Assembly (NCBI GenBank): GCA_024277355.1
Contig: JAJRVL010000001.1
Location: 30,001-62,000 of the forward strand
Source of the DNA: an archaeon
GTDB lineage: Archaea; Iainarchaeota; Iainarchaeia; Iainarchaeales; 1-14-0-10-31-34
DNA length: 32,000 nt
Direction of reading: 5' to 3'
Made by a program: the position numbers and the translations under genes. A model generated the notes under the pieces. It saw nothing but the letters and a program-made list of their open reading frames with translations. It was not told the origin of the DNA and made no database searches. Positions 27,080-32,000 of the stretch are shown here, piece by piece. The stretch's first letter is position 1, and every line of letters begins with the position of its first letter.

Positions 27080-27868
27080 ATGAAAATAAAAAAATACCAA
27101 GGTTTTAAAGCACTAAGGACAGGACAAAAAAAAAAGAAGAGTATTGATGTTACTAGGCATTGGTTTAAAAGTTCTAAAAAATTTTATCAGGCAGGGCAGC
27201 CTTTTCAAACTTTTGTTAGAAAAGCAAGTTTTAGACAACAGGAAATGCTGGAAAAAAAAATAAGAAAAATCGTGCCAGAATTAGAAAAAAGAGCTGCTTT
27301 AGAAATTGGACCAGGACAAGAGCCTTTAATATCAAAATTAGATTTTAAAAAAATAGTTTTTTTAGATTTGAGTAAAGCTATTGCAGACAAATTAAAAGCA
27401 AGTATAAGACAATCAGAAATAATTGTAGGAGATATAAGAAAACTTCCTCCAACAATAACAAAAACAAAAGAAAGATTTGGAACAATAGTAATAAATGAAG
27501 TTTTAACTCATTTAATTCCCTCTGAAAGAATCAAAGCAATTCAAAACATGCTGAATTTAACTGATTCAATACTGATAATTGACAGAAAACAGCAAAGTTT
27601 AGGAGAAATAATTAGTGCTTCAAGAAAAAAAGGATTAAAAATTTTAAGAAATTTTACTGGAAAAAATTCAATAAAGACCACTTTAAGCAGGAAAAAAATA
27701 CATGAAAGTTCAAATATTAATGCAAGAAAAGCAAGGCAGATTCAATTAATGCAAGTAAACTTTAAATTTATAAAAAGTTTTTTTGAAAGAAACGGATGGG
27801 AAATAACAATCAAAGATATTGAATCTAACAAAATTGTTTACACTGTTTTTACTGCAAAAAGAAAATAA
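27080..27868 (+). CDS. SAM-dependent methyltransferase-like protein
   Basis: AALEIGPGQEPLISKL; IVFLDLSKAIADKL; EIIVGDIRKLP; FGTIVINEVLTHLIPSERIKAIQNML. Confidence 0.6.
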   Translation: MKIKKYQGFKALRTGQKKKKSIDVTRHWFKSSKKFYQAGQPFQTFVRKASFRQQEMLEKKIRKIVPELEKRAALEIGPGQEPLISKLDFKKIVFLDLSKAIADKLKASIRQSEIIVGDIRKLPPTITKTKERFGTIVINEVLTHLIPSERIKAIQNMLNLTDSILIIDRKQQSLGEIISASRKKGLKILRNFTGKNSIKTTLSRKKIHESSNINARKARQIQLMQVNFKFIKSFFERNGWEITIKDIESNKIVYTVFTAKRK

Positions 27869-27880
27869 AAAAAAAGAAAG

Positions 27881-28432
27881 TCAGAAACTGACTTTAGGAA
27901 CTTTTCTGTCTGCTTCTTCTGTTTCAAAGAATTCTTTGTCTGTAAAACCAAACATTCCTGCAAAAACATTATTTGGAAAAGTCTGTTTTGCATTATTAAA
28001 AGCTAAAACTGAATCATTGTAAAATTGTCTTGCATAAGCAATCTTTGATTCAATTCCATCTAATTGTTCCTGCAATAACTTGAAGTTTTCATTTGCTTTT
28101 AAATCAGGATAAGCTTCAGCTACAGCAAACAAAGATTTTAATGCTCCTGTTAACATGTTTTCTGCCTGAGCTTTTTGCTTTAAGTTTCCGCCTGTGTTAA
28201 TTGCATTAGCTCTTGCTTTAGTTACATTTTCAAACACGCTTTTTTCGTGTGTTGCATAACCTTTAACTGTTTCAACTAAATTTGGAACTAAATTAGCTCT
28301 TTTTCTTAACTGAACATCAATCTGACTCCATGCATTATTTACTCTGTTTCTTTTTACAATTAAGCCGTTGTAAACTAAAATTACAAAAACTATAATTAAA
28401 ACTATTACTCCAATTAAAATTAAATCAAACAT
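27881..28432 (-). CDS. lemA: LemA family protein
   Basis: [57 protein letters not shown]...[31 protein letters not shown]. Confidence 0.95.
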   Translation of the reverse strand: MFDLILIGVIVLIIVFVILVYNGLIVKRNRVNNAWSQIDVQLRKRANLVPNLVETVKGYATHEKSVFENVTKARANAINTGGNLKQKAQAENMLTGALKSLFAVAEAYPDLKANENFKLLQEQLDGIESKIAYARQFYNDSVLAFNNAKQTFPNNVFAGMFGFTDKEFFETEEADRKVPKVSF

Positions 28433-28482
28433 AATAAACCCCCTTTATCTGATAACAAATGAAAGAAATAGAATAAAAAACT

Positions 28483-28931
28483 ATTTATCTGTTAAACGTC
28501 TTCCTTTTATTTCAGGGTTTCTTCTGTCAGGAAGTATTCTTCTTCGATTTTTTCGTCTATTCAAATAATACCTTGCACTTGGAAGGTTATCTCTTGGTTT
28601 AGGTTTATTAAAATCTTTTTTTTCAGTTCCTAAAACAGTTAATTTACTAAAAAATTGTTTTTCTCCTTTTACTCCTTCAATTAATTCAGTTGGAGAAACT
28701 TTTATTCTTCTTTTATCTTTTTTTCTTTGTTCAATACTAATTCTTCTGTCAGGAGAATTTTTTCTTCTATTCTGAGAACCAATTCGTGTATCAGAAGTTA
28801 TTTGAATGTTTTTTCTTATTCCTCTTTTAAATAAAGGAATTTCTTTTTTTTCCCGACAGTAATTACAGAAACAGGTTTTTTTTGTTTTTTTCTTCTTCCG
28901 GTTAAAAGTGCTTTTTTTGGAGAAGGCATAA
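28483..28931 (-). CDS. Very basic small protein with CFCNYC cluster and internal PDRR repeats; apparent 1-nt frameshift (coding-strand A7 run, 28887-28893); absent from the ORF track
   Basis: Manual minus-strand translation: ATG at 28931 gives MPSPKKALLTGRRKK. The remainder of about 134 codons is open in the shifted frame: TKKTCFCNYCREKKEIPLFKRGIRKNIQITSDTRIGSQNRRKNSPDRRISIEQRKKDKRRIKVSPTELIEGVKGEKQFFSKLTVLGTEKKDFNKPKPRDNLPSARYYLNRRKNRRRILPDRRNPEIKGRRLTDK*. That open stretch lacks an early in-frame start. Confidence 0.6.
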
Positions 28932-29004
28932 ACTATTTTTTAGGAAAGTAATGTTTAAAAAGCATAGCAAGATAATAAAAACCTTTTTTAGATTAATCAG
29001 TTAA

Positions 29005-30594
29005 ATGGAAAAAGAATTAACTTTAAGAGCAGTAATAATTGGAGCAATTTTGGCTGTAATTGTAACAATGTATTCTGCTTTTGCAGGTTTAAAAATAGGA
29101 GGAGTTTACTGGCCTATAACAACAGTTTCAATAATGTCACTTGGAATTTTAACTATTTTAGGAAACACAAACAAAAATGAAATTAATATTACTCAAACAA
29201 TTGCTTCAGCCGGAGGATTATTAGCTGCAGGAATAATTTTCACTGTTCCAGCATTATATTTGATTGGCTTTGAAATTTCTTTAACGGATATAACTTTAAT
29301 TTCTTTAGTTGGAGGGATAACAGGAGTAATTTTTTCTGTTCCATTAAGAAAACAAATGATAGAAAAAGAAAAATTAGAATACCCTGATGGAAAAGCAGCA
29401 GCAGCAATTATTTTAGCCGGAGACGAAAAAGGAACAAAAATTAAAACTCTTTCAGCAATGTTTGGAATTGGAATAATTTTTTCTTTTTTAAGAGATTTTT
29501 TGCAGGCAGTACCTTCTTACTGGAATATTGATTTAATTAAATTACAATTAAATAAATTATTTTCTTTTGGTTCAAGCATTTCATTAATTCCTTTTTCAGG
29601 AGGGTATTTAATTGGACCAAAATTTACAGGAATATGGTTTTTGGGAGCAGTAATTTCTTATTTGATTATTATTCCTTTTGTTGTATTCACCGGACTTTTT
29701 TCAGATAAGTTTACTGCAGGAATTGAATTAACTAAACCTTTAGGAATAGGAATAGTTATTGGTTCAGCAATAATGTATTTTTTATTAAAAGGAATTCCTG
29801 CATTAAAAAACATTTTTTCTGACTGGAAAGAAGTATTCAAAGAAAACCAAAAAATGATTGGAATTGTATTAATTGTTTTAGTCGGCGTTCTTACAATAAT
29901 AACTGAAATGAATTTACTTTTGTCTGTTATAGCTATTTCCGGAGCTTTTGTAATGGCTTATGTTGGAGGAAGAGTAACCGGAGAAATGAATGTTGATCCC
30001 ATGGAATTATTTGCAATGATTGTATTAATTGCAGCAAAAATTTTGTTTGGATTTAATGCAGTGCTTTTAGTTATAATTGCAGCTGTTGTAGCTATTTCAG
30101 CTGGAATAGCAGGAGATACTTTACAGGATTTAAAAACAGGAAATATTTTAGGAACAAAACCAAAAAATCAGTTTATAGGACAATTAATCGGAGTAGTAAT
30201 TGGAGCTTTAGTTATTGGAATTGTATTAATGGCATTACAGCAGACTTATGGTTTTGGCAATGCAGATTTGCCTGCACCACAGGCAGTAGCTTTAAGTGAA
30301 ATCATTAAAGCAGACAGTTTATCGGGAAATTTATTAATGGGAATTTTAATTGGAGCAGTATTAGCTTTAATTGTTTCTTTTTTTGGTTCAGCAATAATTA
30401 TTGTAGCTTTTGGAATTGGAATGTATGTGCCAATTGAATTAAGTTTTCCTTTGTTTATTGGAGGATTAATCAGATTAGCTGCAGACAAAAAAAAATTAAC
30501 AGAACAAGGAAGATTAATTGCAGCAGGATTAATTGCAGGAGAAGGATTTACTGGAGTTGTTTTGTCTTTAATGGGATTAGGAAAATTAATTTAG
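29005..30594 (+). CDS. OPT/YSL family oligopeptide transporter
   Basis: ELTLRAVIIGAILAVIVTMYSAFAGLKIGGVYWPITTVS; REKLEYPDGKAAAAIILAGDE; GTKPKNQFIGQLIGVVIG. Confidence 0.88.
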   Translation: MEKELTLRAVIIGAILAVIVTMYSAFAGLKIGGVYWPITTVSIMSLGILTILGNTNKNEINITQTIASAGGLLAAGIIFTVPALYLIGFEISLTDITLISLVGGITGVIFSVPLRKQMIEKEKLEYPDGKAAAAIILAGDEKGTKIKTLSAMFGIGIIFSFLRDFLQAVPSYWNIDLIKLQLNKLFSFGSSISLIPFSGGYLIGPKFTGIWFLGAVISYLIIIPFVVFTGLFSDKFTAGIELTKPLGIGIVIGSAIMYFLLKGIPALKNIFSDWKEVFKENQKMIGIVLIVLVGVLTIITEMNLLLSVIAISGAFVMAYVGGRVTGEMNVDPMELFAMIVLIAAKILFGFNAVLLVIIAAVVAISAGIAGDTLQDLKTGNILGTKPKNQFIGQLIGVVIGALVIGIVLMALQQTYGFGNADLPAPQAVALSEIIKADSLSGNLLMGILIGAVLALIVSFFGSAIIIVAFGIGMYVPIELSFPLFIGGLIRLAADKKKLTEQGRLIAAGLIAGEGFTGVVLSLMGLGKLI

Positions 30595-30602
30595 GTTAAA
30601 AA

Positions 30603-31505
30603 ATGAAAACTGAAACAAAAAATAAATTAATTCTTTTTTTAAAAGGAATATTAATGGGAATATGCGATTTAATTCCTGGTATTTCAGGAGGAACAATTGC
30701 ATTAATTACAGGAATTTACTCTAAAATGATTTATTCTATTTCAAATATTTCTTTTCAGTTTTTTTTTAATGGAATCAAATATTTAATTAACAGAAATCAA
30801 GAAAATGAAAACAAAGTAAGAGAAGGCTTAAAAAAAATTGATTTGTTTTTCCTTGCAGTACTTGGAGCAGGAATTGCAACAGCAATAATTTTTGGTTCAA
30901 AAGCAATGACTTTTTTATTAGATAATTATTTTACTTACACAATAGCTTTTTTTTCAGGGTTAATTATTGCTTCATCAAAAATCATTTATGAAAACATTGA
31001 AAACCACACTAAAAAAAATATTAGTTTTGGAATAATTGGATTTATTATTGGAGCATTATTTATTTTTCTTGTTCCGATTAATACAACTCCATCTTATATT
31101 TATTTATTTTTAGGAGGCTTTCTTGCAGTAAGCGCAATGTTTTTGCCTGGAATTTCAGGAGCATTTATTCTATTAATAATGGGTTTATATGAATTCATGG
31201 TAAAAAAAGTTTTCAATGACATTCCAGGACATTTTGATTATTTTATTGTTTCTTCTTTCGGAGCATTAATCGGAATGATTACTATTTCAAGAGTCGTAAA
31301 TTTTTTATTTAAAAAAGACAAATGCAAAACACTTTATGTTTTGCTTGGATTAGTTTTAGGAAGCTTAATTATTCCATTAAACAGAATTTACACTGAAACT
31401 GCTGAATGGAATATAATAAATTTAAGTGTATTAGTCTTTCTTTTTGTTCTTGGAATAACAATAGTTTTAACTGCAGGCAAAATAAAAAAGAAAAAAGCAA
31501 AATAA
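30603..31505 (+). CDS. DUF368 family membrane protein (polyprenyl-phosphate translocase family, PopT-like)
   Basis: LKGILMGICDLIPGISGGTIALITGIYSKMI and second conserved repeat FLAVSAMFLPGISGAFILLIMGLYEFMVK. Confidence 0.88.
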   Translation: MKTETKNKLILFLKGILMGICDLIPGISGGTIALITGIYSKMIYSISNISFQFFFNGIKYLINRNQENENKVREGLKKIDLFFLAVLGAGIATAIIFGSKAMTFLLDNYFTYTIAFFSGLIIASSKIIYENIENHTKKNISFGIIGFIIGALFIFLVPINTTPSYIYLFLGGFLAVSAMFLPGISGAFILLIMGLYEFMVKKVFNDIPGHFDYFIVSSFGALIGMITISRVVNFLFKKDKCKTLYVLLGLVLGSLIIPLNRIYTETAEWNIINLSVLVFLFVLGITIVLTAGKIKKKKAK

Positions 31506-31567
31506 CCTGAAATACAAAAATAAAAGCATTAAAAAACATTTTCTCTCAGAATATTCTACTAATTCTT

Positions 31568-31593
31568 AACTATTTTAAAACACTAAAATAGTT
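31568..31593. promoter_or_regulatory. Perfect 10-bp inverted repeat with 6-nt loop upstream of surface protein gene; followed by T-tract (operator or terminator-like)
   Basis: AACTATTTTA-AAACAC-TAAAATAGTT followed by TTTTTG. Confidence 0.5.
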
Positions 31594-31614
31594 TTTTTGT
31601 CCGGGGGTAATAAA

Positions 31615-32000
31615 TTGAATCAAAAAATAATTTTGTCTTTATTTTTAATATTATTAATTTCAGCTGTTTCAGCATTAACAGTTGAAGTAACAAACCCAAA
31701 TGCTTTAACAAAAATAAATTCGTTAACAACTAATTTTGATATAACTTTTAATTTAACTTATGATGGAAATAATTCTTTAACTTCAGATATTTATTTAGAT
31801 GAAGACACAGACAACAGTACTTTTACTGAAACATTAACTACTGCTTTTTCTTCAGCAAACGGAACAAATACTTTTTCCTGGAATACAACTTCAGTTTTAG
31901 ACGGAACATACTTTATTTATGTTTTATCAACTGACGGAAACGAAACTGGAAATAATTATTCAGAAAGTTTTTTGGTTGACAAAACAAACCCAGAAGCAGT
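31615..32000 (+). CDS. Secreted/surface protein with Ig-like N-terminal region, 3'-truncated by window edge
   Basis: TTG start after CCGGGGGT; MNQKIILSLFLILLISAVSA signal-like peptide then LTVEVTNPNALTKINSLTTNFDITFNLTYDGNNSLTSDIYLDEDTDNSTFTETLTTAFSSANGTNTFSWNTTSVLDGTYFIYVLSTDGNETGNNYSESFLVDKTNPEA. Confidence 0.7.
   Translation, partial: MNQKIILSLFLILLISAVSALTVEVTNPNALTKINSLTTNFDITFNLTYDGNNSLTSDIYLDEDTDNSTFTETLTTAFSSANGTNTFSWNTTSVLDGTYFIYVLSTDGNETGNNYSESFLVDKTNPEA

Noticed and set aside
27819-28022. 67-aa + strand ORF antisense to lemA
   Set aside because: Opposite a highly conserved LemA sequence and overlapping the end of the methyltransferase gene in another frame; no domain.
1-32000. Defence system, prophage, transposon or CRISPR array
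   Set aside because: No nuclease/helicase/integrase/transposase/Cas signatures, no spaced direct repeats, and no terminal repeats seen; all large genes are assigned to glycan, transport, salvage or membrane proteolysis functions.

Overview
AT-rich, gene-dense window, most likely archaeal: several starts are preceded by GGTGA/GGTGAT, Lys codons are mostly AAA, and M48 HtpX/LemA, DUF368 and OPT genes are present. A DPANN-type genome is plausible but cannot be proven from this sequence. About 1-25000 is a surface-glycan / nucleotide-sugar locus. It contains a UDP-GlcNAc 2-epimerase (partial), at least six glycosyltransferases, a B12-binding radical SAM enzyme, an oxidoreductase-aminotransferase-acetyltransferase trio, a flippase, a TylCIII-like C-methyltransferase, RmlA/D/B/C-like, an SDR decarboxylase-like protein, GalU, Ugd and a GMD-like dehydratase. 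The rest holds apt, an MTA phosphorylase-like gene, htpX, lemA, an OPT transporter, DUF368 (polyprenyl-phosphate translocase family) and the start of a secreted sequon-rich surface protein. The most unusual observation is two paralogous proteins (21206-22006 and 22957-23802) that fuse an N-terminal ribbon-helix-helix DNA-binding domain to a sugar-1-phosphate nucleotidyltransferase domain. The first has lost the catalytic signature. A 17-bp inverted repeat sits between a TATA-like element and the start codon of the second. This suggests nucleotide-sugar enzymes acting as, or converted into, transcription regulators. Three genes (GT4 at 4061, apt at 24828, basic protein at 28483-28931) each appear to miss one A in a coding-strand poly-A run; assembly error, slippage or phase variation are all possible. 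No CRISPR, tRNA/rRNA or mobile element was recognised.
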